Shown: positions 9,256 through 19,271 of the stretch, piece by piece
How positions within the stretch are numbered: position 1 is the stretch's first letter
Layout: each line of letters begins with the position of its first letter
DNA from: Candidatus Subterrananammoxibius californiae
GTDB lineage: Bacteria; Planctomycetota; Brocadiia; Brocadiales; Subterrananammoxibiaceae
DNA length: 64,000 nucleotides
Direction: 5' to 3'
Assembly (NCBI GenBank): GCA_030586555.1
Contig: JAURAC010000001.1
Coordinates: 64,001-128,000, forward strand
Notes under the pieces: generated by a model
Told to the model about the DNA's origin: nothing
The model's input: the letters and a program-made list of their open reading frames with translations, nothing else
The model's database searches: none
Translations under genes and position numbers: made by a program

Positions 9256-9359
9256 TTAAAGGCAAGTCCCAATTTGAAGTTTTCAGCACCAGCCAACCCA
9301 AAAGCGGTCAGCTTTGTACGCCAGAGCCAAAGGCTTTTGGTCGGGCCGCTTGCCTTTAA
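9256..9359 (-). ncRNA. Candidate structured leader or small RNA
   Basis: 11-bp terminal IR TTAAAGGCAAG/CTTGCCTTTAA with nested stems; begins ~7 nt after a TTGACT-16-TAAAAT promoter on the minus strand. Confidence 0.35.
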
Positions 9360-9437
9360 CTGTTAAATTTTACAAAATAAATGTGTACAGTCAACAAAAT
9401 TTTTTAAATTTGTAACCGCAAATTAAAAATGTCGGGT

Positions 9438-10712
9438 TCAGGGTTTGGTGGGAACGGTACCTGCCCCGTTAAAAGTAGGGCTTTTAACGGGGCTCGTAAC
9501 GGTTAGTGAATAATTCCCCTCACCTTCTACGTTATCTACAATAATGTATACTTTACTATCCTTTTCAACAGTTAACTCTGCACATTCATCCTCGCCAATG
9601 CCGTGGTTAGCGCCATAGGAAATGGTGCCCCTGTCAACAAAGATTGTTAAGTCCATATCGGCTTTACCTTTAATGGATAGGTCTGCAGAGATAGTCGCAC
9701 CTGCTGGAATACTGGAGGAGATTTGATACCAGTGCCACATTTCCCCTTCTGCATCTGTTTGGGACATAAAACCAGAAGCAGTATACGGCAGGGTTTCGAT
9801 GAGGCGTTCCACGCCTTTGGTATTTACTGAAAGGGCATATGAGCCACCCGCCTTAGGCGCACCCTCTTGGTTCTTCATTTCAACTATAATGGATGCCTTG
9901 CCACCGTTAAAGAACGTTAACGCCGCCTCTTTTTCGCCCTTCTCTTTACCCTTTTTTGAGCAATTTAACGTTCCTTTTTCGTCTGAGATATACAATTCCA
10001 ACTCAGCATCCTTCGATGTCTTTAGCCATGCCCCAACTATTGTTCCGTTGTCCACAGGGAATACAGTCTGGTATATATGTACCTTCTCCTGTCCCTGGAC
10101 AGGTCTTGATGTAGTAAAAGGGAAAGATTCGATGAAGTACCCTTTTTCTTCCGGGTTAGATGTAACTGATAAGGTATATTGTACTGGCTGGTCGGTCTGA
10201 GGCGTGGCAACTGTTTCCACCGCTATAGTGATTAGTTTCTCATTTGTTATTACAAATCTAATGCTTTCGTTGCCTCCGTTCTTAGTATTATTAGAGTAGG
10301 CAAGCGTCCCATCTTCATTGAATATACCTAAAGCCAAATTGGCTCCTTCTGGTTCCTTTAAATTCGTATCAATAATTGAGCCCGCTTCGAGTGGTATACT
10401 AACATTATAACAATGTAAGCTGTCTTCCTCTGTGCCTTCTGCAGGTATAGGTTTGGATATAAAAAAGGGGAAGGAATTAATACTTGCGTCTGGAGTTTTG
10501 CGTCTGTCCGCCTTAGGGGGATGAGTCTGGAGTCTTGAGTCTGGAGTTCTGAAACTTGTGTCTTGACTCTCAACGCTTAACTCATGACCCGTAGACTCTT
10601 TTTTGGGCACTTCTTCTTTTCTATTAAGGAGAAAGAAGGCCACAAGCACCACCCCTGCTATGCCACATAAAAGTTTTGAAACCAAATTACCTGACTTTGA
10701 ATTGAATCGCAT
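9438..10712 (-). CDS. Membrane-anchored protein with three PPC-like (pre-peptidase C-terminal) beta domains
   Basis: N-terminal TM; three internal repeats ending Y.L.V.S with D/E-L-D/E-L-Y/F-like cores; GGAGGAGG RBS. Confidence 0.65.
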   Translation of the reverse strand: MRFNSKSGNLVSKLLCGIAGVVLVAFFLLNRKEEVPKKESTGHELSVESQDTSFRTPDSRLQTHPPKADRRKTPDASINSFPFFISKPIPAEGTEEDSLHCYNVSIPLEAGSIIDTNLKEPEGANLALGIFNEDGTLAYSNNTKNGGNESIRFVITNEKLITIAVETVATPQTDQPVQYTLSVTSNPEEKGYFIESFPFTTSRPVQGQEKVHIYQTVFPVDNGTIVGAWLKTSKDAELELYISDEKGTLNCSKKGKEKGEKEAALTFFNGGKASIIVEMKNQEGAPKAGGSYALSVNTKGVERLIETLPYTASGFMSQTDAEGEMWHWYQISSSIPAGATISADLSIKGKADMDLTIFVDRGTISYGANHGIGEDECAELTVEKDSKVYIIVDNVEGEGNYSLTVTSPVKSPTFNGAGTVPTKP

Positions 10713-10755
10713 TGGGTGTTTTCCTCCTCCACGCTCGGCATAATCTACCGGTCTG

Positions 10756-10812
10756 AAAAAAAAGGCATGGCAACAGTATGAACCTCAACTCTCATCCTGT
10801 TTGCCATGCCTT
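10756..10812 (-). terminator. Intrinsic terminator
   Basis: 12-bp stem AAGGCATGGCAA/TTGCCATGCCTT ending in a U-run on the minus strand. Confidence 0.65.
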
Positions 10813-10961
10813 GCAGGAAATTTGGTCTGGTACACCTCCCTTGCCTTTGACGCATCGAAGATGAAACCCTAACTCATTTCCTGTTGCAATGCCTTGTAGA
10901 ATTATCCTCTCGACTACTTTACCTACACTCTACCCTCATAGGAGTCTAAAAATCTGTTCCC

Positions 10962-11438
10962 CTATGTACACCATGGTGATGGAACCTGCTCAGCGTTAGC
11001 GATCTCAGTATCCAACGTATCGTATAGTGCATCTTTTTCGTCCCCAGCATCGTCTCTCATGCCTTCTGCCGTAGTTATATAAGACGAATCAGCCCCTATG
11101 TTTTGCAACTGCGTTATCCTAAGCTGCGACACCCTGATTATCCTTCTGTTAAACTTCTCTCTTGCATCATCGGTTTCCTCTTGAATCTTATCTAAGCTTG
11201 AACAAAAAGCAGTTCGAGAAATCTGACCGTGGGTATACTTATTGACCTTTGCGTCTACATCAAGCGAAAGATTAAGCTGCTTGGTCTCAGCCTTTAATAA
11301 GATGCTATCCAATCGCTCCTGAAGTTTGTCAATAATCTGGTCAGGGGTTGGAGCACCTTCGGTGATTTGCGTCATTGACAAGGAGAGCAAACACACCGTC
11401 AACAAAAATATTCCTGCTATCTTTACCTTTTTCGACAT
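10962..11438 (-). CDS. Hypothetical secreted helical/coiled-coil protein
   Basis: Signal peptide, charged helical body, GGAGGT RBS. Confidence 0.75.
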   Translation of the reverse strand: MSKKVKIAGIFLLTVCLLSLSMTQITEGAPTPDQIIDKLQERLDSILLKAETKQLNLSLDVDAKVNKYTHGQISRTAFCSSLDKIQEETDDAREKFNRRIIRVSQLRITQLQNIGADSSYITTAEGMRDDAGDEKDALYDTLDTEIANAEQVPSPWCT

Positions 11439-11502
11439 CCATTACCTCCATCTCCCCGCCCTTTTCGGTGAAATTTTGGAAGAAAGCAAGAAAATTACTG
11501 TA

Positions 11503-11530
11503 ATTTTACCACGAAAAATAAGAATGTCAA
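11503..11530 (-). promoter_or_regulatory. sigma70-type promoter
   Basis: TTGACA-16 bp-TAAAAT with extended -10 TG on the minus strand. Confidence 0.55.
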
Positions 11531-11755
11531 GGGGAGCTTCAAATTTTTTTAATAATATTTTTACACCCAATTGTATAGCAATAGTGGTGACGGTATGTTA
11601 CAACTTTTTTTTATTTGTATTTAACAGCAAAAATTTTATATTGGCATAATTGCTTTTGTGATATATAATTGATTTTACCCATCCGTACCATAAAGAGTAG
11701 TGTGAGTTTTTGTTATTTCGCTTCGCCAATCTTTGACCTCATAGGAGTTACTGCG

Positions 11756-13483
11756 ATGAAGAATGCAGAGATTGCATCAATGTTTGAAAGGATTGCAGAC
11801 GTTATGGAACTGAAGGGTGAGAACCCCTTCCGCATAAGCTCATACCGCAAGGCTGCCAGGGTTATAGGCGACTTAACAGAAGATATTGCAGAGATCGCAA
11901 AGGATGAAAAATTGACAGATATTCCCGGCATAGGCACGGGTACTGCTGAGAAAATTATTGAGTACCTGAATACGGGTAAAATGACGAAGTATGAAGAGGT
12001 TATGAAGGGTATTTCGGAGGAAACGGTAGCAATGCTCAGAATCTCTGGACTTGGTCCCAAGACGGTTTCTATGCTTAATAAAGAACTTGGTATTGTCGGG
12101 GTCGCTGACCTTGAAAAGGCGATAAGCCAGGGCAAATTGGTTGGGTTACCAGGTATTGGTGAAAAGAAAATAGAAAATATTGTAAAAGGGATTGCACTAT
12201 TTAAAACCAGTCAGCAGAGGATTTCACTGGGCACAGCCCTGCCGGTAGTAAAACGCATTGTGAGCGTAATGGAAAAGGCTCCAGGTGTGAAGGCTATCCA
12301 GGCCGCTGGTTCGCTTCGAAGGATGCGTGAGACCATCGGGGATATTGATATACTTGTCTCAGGTTCGGATGGCAAGAAAATTATTAATGCATTTGTCAGC
12401 ATGCCGGGTGTAAATGAAATCCTTGCCTCTGGCGATACGAAAGGAAGTGTGCGGATTGAGGAAGGTTTACAGGTTGACTTACGCGTCGTTGAGGAAGAGG
12501 CTTACGGCTCTGCATTGCAATATTTTACTGGCTCAAAGGCACATAATATCCACCTCAGGGAACTTGCAAAGAAAAAAGGGCTTAAGATAAGCGAATACGG
12601 CATCTTTAAGGGTGAAAAAAAGATTGGTGGTAAAAAGGAGGACGATATTTACAAGACGTTAGGAATGGATTGGGTGCCGCCCGAACTCCGTGAAGATAGG
12701 GGTGAGGTGGAGGCTGCACAGGCAGGGGAATTGCCAAAGCTAATTGAGCTTAAAGACATCAAAGGCGATTTGCATGTACACTCTAATTGGAGCGATGGCC
12801 ATTCCACATTTAAAGAGATTGCCGAACATGCAAAAAAGCGAGGCTATAGTTATGTGGTTGTCTCAGACCATACCAAAACCCTAAAGATAGCAAACGGGCT
12901 TACAGAAGAGAGATTGCTTAAGGAAATAGATGAAATTGATAAATTAAACAAAACACTCTCAGGTATTACACTATTGAGAGCCACCGAAGTGGATATTTTG
13001 TCAGACGGCTCGTTAGACATGTCTGACAAGGTATTATCAAGGCTTGATATTGTTGTCGCTTCCGTACATAGCGGTTTTAAACAGCCGAAGGAAAAGATTA
13101 CGAAGAGAATCCTGCGCGCCGTTGAAAATCCCTATGTAACAATAATCGGACATCCAACTGGTCGGGTTATAACGTCTCGTGAGGGTTACGATGTGGACTT
13201 AGAAAGGGTGATGGATGCATGTGCAAAGACCGGCACCGCAATGGAACTAAACGCTTATTACGACCGTCTTGACCTTAACGATATTAATTGCAAGATGGCA
13301 AAAGAGGCAGGGGTAAGGATAGCCATCAGCACCGATACCCATCATATTGAACAACTCTGGATGATGGAACTTGGCATAGGCACTGCAAGACGTGGGTGGC
13401 TTGAAACAAGGGATGTAATCAACTCATGGCCTCTCGAAAAACTTAAGGCATTCTCTCAGGCAAAGCGGAAAAGCAGAGGTTAA
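11756..13483 (+). CDS. polX: DNA polymerase X with PHP domain
   Basis: AGSLRR..ETIGDIDIL, QYFTGSKAHN, PPELRED, PHP motif DLHVHSNWSDG; AGGAG RBS before ATG 11756. Confidence 0.95.
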   Translation: MKNAEIASMFERIADVMELKGENPFRISSYRKAARVIGDLTEDIAEIAKDEKLTDIPGIGTGTAEKIIEYLNTGKMTKYEEVMKGISEETVAMLRISGLGPKTVSMLNKELGIVGVADLEKAISQGKLVGLPGIGEKKIENIVKGIALFKTSQQRISLGTALPVVKRIVSVMEKAPGVKAIQAAGSLRRMRETIGDIDILVSGSDGKKIINAFVSMPGVNEILASGDTKGSVRIEEGLQVDLRVVEEEAYGSALQYFTGSKAHNIHLRELAKKKGLKISEYGIFKGEKKIGGKKEDDIYKTLGMDWVPPELREDRGEVEAAQAGELPKLIELKDIKGDLHVHSNWSDGHSTFKEIAEHAKKRGYSYVVVSDHTKTLKIANGLTEERLLKEIDEIDKLNKTLSGITLLRATEVDILSDGSLDMSDKVLSRLDIVVASVHSGFKQPKEKITKRILRAVENPYVTIIGHPTGRVITSREGYDVDLERVMDACAKTGTAMELNAYYDRLDLNDINCKMAKEAGVRIAISTDTHHIEQLWMMELGIGTARRGWLETRDVINSWPLEKLKAFSQAKRKSRG

Positions 13484-13484
13484 G

Positions 13485-13560
13485 AAGGAACTTTGGAAGT
13501 TAAGAACTTGAGAGCTTCCTAACTTCCTATCTTCTTAGCCTCCTTACCTCACCTGACTTC
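13485..13560. repeat. Degenerate octamer repeats (AACTTCCT-like) between convergent genes, overlapping the GT-C 3' end
   Basis: GCTTCCTAACTTCCTATCTTCTTAGCCTCC; same family at 23670-23725. Confidence 0.65.
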
Positions 13561-15167
13561 TGATTTACGGCTCGTTTCGGGTTCCAGTAATGGGTGACCT
13601 TGATGTTGTAAAATTGTTTTGCATCCTTATTGGCATACAACTTGGCATACAACATATTAATATCGAATCTTTTGGTCGCCCTTGAGGTTAAGACACTTTC
13701 TCCCACCTCGATAAGGAATGTGCCTTTTGCCCATCTACCCCTAACAAAGGGGGTTATCCTTTCAATACCAATATAAATATCTCCCTTGTAATAGTATCTC
13801 AAGGGCAAGGAATTAACATCACTCGGTATAACCTGGGTTGTTTCCCCTTCTGATGCCGCATTCCATAGCTTTTTACGTGAAAAAGACCTGTGGAAAGACA
13901 AAAAATGGACTGTTTCCCCATCCGAAATATTTTCTCTAAGGTAATTAGCAATATCCTTCCAGTTTAATCCCCTTAGAGTACTTTCTTTAGTTAGTATTGG
14001 AAACAGGTGAGTGCATATAGCAATGAAAAGTACTGGGTAAATAAATCTCAGTTTGCCGATAGCGGCAATTCCCCTTGCAATTAACAAGAGAATCGAACAC
14101 GACCAGAATAAATGATACCTTGTGGGTCCAAATGTAGGCCAGAATAAAAATGAGATTGCATAGGCAGAAAGAATCGGGATAGTAGCCCAGGTATAAATGA
14201 GCGACTTATAGCCGTCACTCGCCCCTGATTTAATCAGGGGTTGTGGCTCGTCGCTCGTGATTTGTCGCCAGAAATATTTGAAGATTCCCAAAAGAAGGAA
14301 GAAGCTAAAGAAGGCAAAAATGCCAATTTTGGCAGGCAGTGGCAAGACGTCTACGTCTAACCCCTGAATTTTTCTAAAGGAGAGTCCTGCTATAAATGAA
14401 GAGAGTACATTTAGAAACGTTTCTAAAGTTGGCATTGCTATCCATCGTGGCGCTGAGAATATTTGTAAATACCTTTTTTGTAGAAAAAAAAGAGCAATGA
14501 GTATAAGAAATATAACACCAATAGACAAAAAAATTTGCCAACTGTATTTATATTTTCTATAAACTATTGCTATATATACTATTTCGGTTAGTATGACAAA
14601 GATTGCAGATTTATGTGTAAAAAGAAGTACCACGTTACAAATAACAAAGGCTATCCAAAATACTATACGGCGCCCCCTCAAAGTCATTAATAATAAATAG
14701 AGTGACGTCAAAGCCAGAAGAAGCGTTAAGGTATATTGTTTAAGCGCAAATGAACAGAAAAAATGTTCTGGATTCACAGCCAATAAGAGTGCGCCTATTA
14801 AGGCTGTCTTATTATCGAATATAAGGCTTGCAAGTTTAAAAAGGGCAAAAACAGAGAGTATGCCAAAAATAGCCGCAGGAAGCCTTAATGCAAATTCACT
14901 GCGACCAGCAATTTGTGTCCAATAATGTAGAATGATAAAAGAGATTGAAGGATGCCCTCTTTTTACTGCCTTTACAATATTGCCTATACTGACCTTTTCA
15001 CCCTTTTCTATGCTCCTTATATCATCGCTTGAAAAAGAAGGTTCCGGAAGGTAATAAAGGCGCAGAAAAGCTGCTATAAAGATAATTAAACAAAGAAGAA
15101 TCGTTACGTTCGACTTGCTCAGTCCACGGGTGTGATATTTTTGTTCCTTTAATGCCGATGGCGTCAT
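13527..15167 (-). CDS. GT-C fold glycosyltransferase (ArnT/PMT-like, GT39/83), paralog C
   Basis: LRLYYL..SF.SDD, HP, SEFALRLP.AIFG, LLAVNPEH motifs; multiple TM helices. Confidence 0.85.
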   Translation of the reverse strand: MTPSALKEQKYHTRGLSKSNVTILLCLIIFIAAFLRLYYLPEPSFSSDDIRSIEKGEKVSIGNIVKAVKRGHPSISFIILHYWTQIAGRSEFALRLPAAIFGILSVFALFKLASLIFDNKTALIGALLLAVNPEHFFCSFALKQYTLTLLLALTSLYLLLMTLRGRRIVFWIAFVICNVVLLFTHKSAIFVILTEIVYIAIVYRKYKYSWQIFLSIGVIFLILIALFFLQKRYLQIFSAPRWIAMPTLETFLNVLSSFIAGLSFRKIQGLDVDVLPLPAKIGIFAFFSFFLLLGIFKYFWRQITSDEPQPLIKSGASDGYKSLIYTWATIPILSAYAISFLFWPTFGPTRYHLFWSCSILLLIARGIAAIGKLRFIYPVLFIAICTHLFPILTKESTLRGLNWKDIANYLRENISDGETVHFLSFHRSFSRKKLWNAASEGETTQVIPSDVNSLPLRYYYKGDIYIGIERITPFVRGRWAKGTFLIEVGESVLTSRATKRFDINMLYAKLYANKDAKQFYNIKVTHYWNPKRAVNQKSGEVRRLRR

Positions 15168-16708
15168 CTTCCGTTCCAGTAATGGGTAACATCAATGTGA
15201 TAAAATTGTTTTACATCTTTATTTGTATAAAACATATCAAGAGTTCTATCCCATCCCACGGGTAGGGCGCTTTCTCCCGCCTCGATAAGGAATACGCCAT
15301 CTGACCTTCCACCATTGACACTTGAGGTCATTTTTTCGAAGACTTTATTAACACCGATGTAGACGTCTTCCTTATAATAGTATCTCAGTGGTAAGGAACC
15401 ATAATTACCGGATAAGAAATGGACCGTTTCCCCATCCGATACATTCTCTCGAAGGTAATCAGCAACGCCCTTCCAGTTTAACATCCTTGGATTGCTTTCT
15501 TTGGTTAGTATTGGGAACAGGTGAATGCATACAGCAATGAAAAGTATTGGGTAAATAAATCTCAGTTTACCGGTAGCGGCAAATCCTCTTGCGATTAATA
15601 AGAGAATCGAACACGACCAGAATAAATGATATTTGGTAGGACCAAATATAGGCCATAATAAAAATGAAATTGCATAGGCAGAAAGAATCGGGATAGTAGC
15701 CCAGATAAAAATAAGCGGCTTGCAACCGTCGCTCGTTACTCGTGGCTCGTCACTCGTGGTTTGTCGCCAAAAACATTTGAAGATTCCTAAAAGAAGAAAG
15801 ATGCTAAAGAAGGCAAAAATGCTGATTTTGGCAGGCATGGGCAAGGCGTCTATGTATGAACCCTGACTTTTAAAACAGATGGCATCGGCAAAGATAATTC
15901 CCCTTTCTGGTATCTTTATGTAAAAGCCTGCTATAAATGAAGAAAGTACGTTTAGAAACGTTTCTAATGTTGGCTTTGCTATCCGTTGGAAGTATTCAGG
16001 GGCTGCTTGTACATACTCTTTTTGTAGAAAAAAAAGAGCAGCAACCATTAGACATATAACAGCAGTTGCTGAAAAAATTTGTAGAGTGTACTTATACTTT
16101 CTGTAAACTATGGCTATATAAGATAACTCGGTTAGCACGACAATGATTGCAGAATAATGTGTACAAAGAAGGGCAATGTTACTAATACTAAAGGCTATCC
16201 AGAGTGTGGTGTGACACTCTTTTAAAGCCCTTAATAATAGGTAGACGGACACAAGCGCCAGCAGAGCCGTCAAGGTATACTGTTTGAGAGCAAATGAGGG
16301 GAATAAATGTTCTGGATTCACCGCCAGTAAGAGTGCACCTATTAAGGCTGTTTTATTGTCGAATATAAGGCTTGCAAGCTTAAAAAGGACAAAAACCGAG
16401 AGTATCCCAAAAATAGCAGTCGGAAGCCTTAATGCAAATTCGCTGGTACCAGCCAATAGTGTCCAATAATGGAGGATAAAAAAATAGAATGGGGGCTGTC
16501 CGTAATTTGTCGTCTGCTTTATGATAGAGTCGTTTCTCTCGATAAATTCTATGCTCATCATATCATCGCTTGAAAATGAGGACGTTGAAAGGTAATAAAG
16601 GCGCAGAAAAGCCGCTATAAAGATAATTAAGCAAAGGAGAATCGTTACATTCGACTTGCTCAGTACAAGGGTGTGATATTTTTGTTCCTTTAACGTTGAT
16701 GGCGTCAT
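15164..16708 (-). CDS. GT-C fold glycosyltransferase, paralog B
   Basis: Same motifs; ATGA overlap with both neighbours. Confidence 0.85.
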   Translation of the reverse strand: MTPSTLKEQKYHTLVLSKSNVTILLCLIIFIAAFLRLYYLSTSSFSSDDMMSIEFIERNDSIIKQTTNYGQPPFYFFILHYWTLLAGTSEFALRLPTAIFGILSVFVLFKLASLIFDNKTALIGALLLAVNPEHLFPSFALKQYTLTALLALVSVYLLLRALKECHTTLWIAFSISNIALLCTHYSAIIVVLTELSYIAIVYRKYKYTLQIFSATAVICLMVAALFFLQKEYVQAAPEYFQRIAKPTLETFLNVLSSFIAGFYIKIPERGIIFADAICFKSQGSYIDALPMPAKISIFAFFSIFLLLGIFKCFWRQTTSDEPRVTSDGCKPLIFIWATIPILSAYAISFLLWPIFGPTKYHLFWSCSILLLIARGFAATGKLRFIYPILFIAVCIHLFPILTKESNPRMLNWKGVADYLRENVSDGETVHFLSGNYGSLPLRYYYKEDVYIGVNKVFEKMTSSVNGGRSDGVFLIEAGESALPVGWDRTLDMFYTNKDVKQFYHIDVTHYWNGR

Positions 16709-18264
16709 CTTTGGTTCCAGTAATGAGTGACCTTTATGTGATAAAGTTGCTTTACCTCTTTATTAGCATAAAACATATCAAGATTTCTGTCCCATCCCAC
16801 GGGTAGGCCGCTCTCTAACGCCTCGATAAGGAACACGCCTTTTGACCTTCCACCACTGACATTTGAGGTCATTTTTTCGAAGACTTTACTAATACCGATG
16901 TAGACGTCTTCCTTATAATAGTATCTCAGTGGTAAGGAAACATAATCACTGTCTAAGACATGGACCGTTTCCCCATCAGATACATTCTTTAGAAGGTAAT
17001 TAGCGACGCCCTTCCAATTTAATTTTCTTGGGTCATTTCCTTTTGTTATCGTTATTATTGGAAAAAGGTAAATGCATACAGCAATTAAAAGTGCTGGACA
17101 AATAAACCTCAGTTTGCCGATAGCGGCAAATCCCTTTGCGACTAATAAAAGAATCGAACAAGACCAGAATAAATGATATTGAGTAGGACCAAAAATCGGC
17201 CATAATAAAAATGAAATTACACAAGAAGAAGCAATTGGAATGGTACTCCAGATATAAATAAGAGGCTTGTAATTGCCAGTCGAAGAAATTGTTTTTTGTT
17301 TATCACCCCAAAAATATTTGAAGATTCCCAAAAGAAGAAAGCAGCTAAAGAAGACAAAAAAACCTATTTTGACAGGAAGCTCGGCGCTTATGTATGGGCT
17401 CTGGTCTTTCGGTATTTTTATGTGTAGTCCCGCTATAAATGAAGAGAGGATGTATGGAAATGTTTCTAATGTTGGCTTGCCTAACCATCTAAGTTTTGTG
17501 GATACCTCTGAGTGTGAATACCCTTTTTGTAGTAAAAATATGGCGACACCAGATAGACAAATGACTACAATTGATGAAAAAAGTTGCAGACCACATTTAT
17601 ACTTCCTGAAAACTATGGCTATATAAACCATCTCAGTTAGCACGACAAAAATTCCAGAATTATGAGTACAAAGAAGTGCAATGTTACTAATATTGAATAC
17701 TATCCAGAGTATAGTGCGTCCGCCTGAGGTATCCTTAGCCGAAGGCGATGGATTGCCTGAGGCGGATTTTAAGGCCAATAATAATAAATACACCGACACA
17801 AGTCCCAACAAAACCGTTAATGTATATTGTTTAAGCACGTATGAGCAGAAGAAATGTTCCGGATTCACTGCCAATAAGAGTGCACCTATTAAGGCTGTTT
17901 TATTATCGAATATAAGGCTTGCAAGCTTAAAAAGGACGAAAACCGAAAGGATACCAAACATAACCGACGGAATCTTTATCGCAAATTCATTGGAACCTAT
18001 TATAAGCGTCCAATAATAGAGGATAATGAAATAAAATGGAGGGTGTCCTCTTTTTGCTGCATCCTCTATAGTAGCGCTAACGTAGCCTTTCTCAATTGTC
18101 TCTATGGTTTTTATATCGTCGCTTAAAAATGAGTATGCAGAGAGGTAATAAAGGCGCAAAAAAGCCGCTATAAAGATAATTAAACAAAGGAGAATCGTTA
18201 CATTGGACTTGCTCAGTACAGGGGTGTGATATTTTTGTTCCTTTAATAAGGAAATTGCCTTCAT
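16705..18264 (-). CDS. GT-C fold glycosyltransferase, paralog A, with a 14-aa repeat-derived insertion
   Basis: Same motifs; ATG 18264 overlaps the upstream stop. Confidence 0.85.
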   Translation of the reverse strand: MKAISLLKEQKYHTPVLSKSNVTILLCLIIFIAAFLRLYYLSAYSFLSDDIKTIETIEKGYVSATIEDAAKRGHPPFYFIILYYWTLIIGSNEFAIKIPSVMFGILSVFVLFKLASLIFDNKTALIGALLLAVNPEHFFCSYVLKQYTLTVLLGLVSVYLLLLALKSASGNPSPSAKDTSGGRTILWIVFNISNIALLCTHNSGIFVVLTEMVYIAIVFRKYKCGLQLFSSIVVICLSGVAIFLLQKGYSHSEVSTKLRWLGKPTLETFPYILSSFIAGLHIKIPKDQSPYISAELPVKIGFFVFFSCFLLLGIFKYFWGDKQKTISSTGNYKPLIYIWSTIPIASSCVISFLLWPIFGPTQYHLFWSCSILLLVAKGFAAIGKLRFICPALLIAVCIYLFPIITITKGNDPRKLNWKGVANYLLKNVSDGETVHVLDSDYVSLPLRYYYKEDVYIGISKVFEKMTSNVSGGRSKGVFLIEALESGLPVGWDRNLDMFYANKEVKQLYHIKVTHYWNQR

Positions 18265-19151
18265 AATGTTTGAAGCTGACAAGCAGGCAGGCGTATAAGC
18301 TGGTTTAAAGCTATAATTGCAGCTCCTATGGCTGTAACAATCTGTGGTTCAGGGGGCACAAAGACCTTTGTGCCAAGTTCCTGCTCAAGGGCGAAACGAA
18401 GTCCTTCATTTAATGCGGATCCCCCGTCAAAGAAAACTGCCTCATGTAGCCCTACCCTTCTAACCATTGCGCCAATGCGTTTTGCAATAGACCTGTGAAT
18501 CCCTGCTGCAATGTCCTCAACGCATTTTCCCTGCGATAGTAACGAGATTACCTCTGATTCACCGAATACCGTACAAAGGCTGTTTATGGGTAGAGGCTCT
18601 TTTGCCTTCAGGGATACAGCCCCTAATTGTTCAAGCTCTACTTCAAGGATGCAACTCATTACCTCAAGAAATCGTCCTGTTCCAGCGGCGCACTTATCGT
18701 TCATAACAAAGTCTACCATCATTCCTTTATCATCGATGGAAATGACCTTGCAATCCTGACCACCAATATTTATCAAGGTTCTGATTTTGGAGTTGTCGAG
18801 TCCTGAGTCGCCGAGTCCACGAGTCCAGACTCCCGACTCCCGACTCGCTGACTCCCGACTCGCCATGAGCCATGAGGCGCCCTTCACATTGGCGGAAATT
18901 TCCGTAACGACCTCACTTGAGAAATCAACCATCCTTCTTCCATAACCTGTGGAGACAACATAATGAACATCGCCTCTGGTTTTTTCTGTACTATTAAGGA
19001 TACTTTCTAAAAGAGAGGCGGCAGTTCTTCTACAATTTGTCCCTGTGGCGGAAACCTTGCTATCGAGGATTTTTATTCCGCCTGAGGCAGATTCCATTAC
19101 AACTACCTTTGTAGTAGTTGAGCCTGCATCAATACCTGCAACTAAATTCAT
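18261..19151 (-). CDS. BadF/BadG/BcrA/BcrD-type ATPase (2-hydroxyacyl-CoA dehydratase activase family)
   Basis: GIDAGSTTTK, STGYGR, IGGQD, MNDKCAAGTGRFLE, CTVFGESEVISL motifs. Confidence 0.9.
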   Translation of the reverse strand: MNLVAGIDAGSTTTKVVVMESASGGIKILDSKVSATGTNCRRTAASLLESILNSTEKTRGDVHYVVSTGYGRRMVDFSSEVVTEISANVKGASWLMASRESASRESGVWTRGLGDSGLDNSKIRTLINIGGQDCKVISIDDKGMMVDFVMNDKCAAGTGRFLEVMSCILEVELEQLGAVSLKAKEPLPINSLCTVFGESEVISLLSQGKCVEDIAAGIHRSIAKRIGAMVRRVGLHEAVFFDGGSALNEGLRFALEQELGTKVFVPPEPQIVTAIGAAIIALNQLIRLPACQLQTL

Positions 19152-19178
19152 GGTTTTGTTCTCAATAGGGTGGAATGT

Positions 19179-19260
19179 GTAGGGGCAACCCTTGTCGAAG
19201 ACCCGCCATCCGTTGGGTGGGTGGTTGCCCTGATATGGCAGGTACAAGACCTGCCCCTAC
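19179..19260. repeat. GTAG REP-like doublet
   Basis: Bounded by GTAGGGGCA...TGCCCCTAC; right half is the reverse complement of 339-362. Confidence 0.85.
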
Positions 19261-19271
19261 CCACTAAATTA

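Noticed and set aside
19152..19247. N-terminal extension of the activase ORF, and similar extensions at 19878-19925, 33803-33967, 48439-48519 and 4993-5037
   Set aside because: These are translations of intergenic repeats or upstream genes; downstream starts fit the families better.
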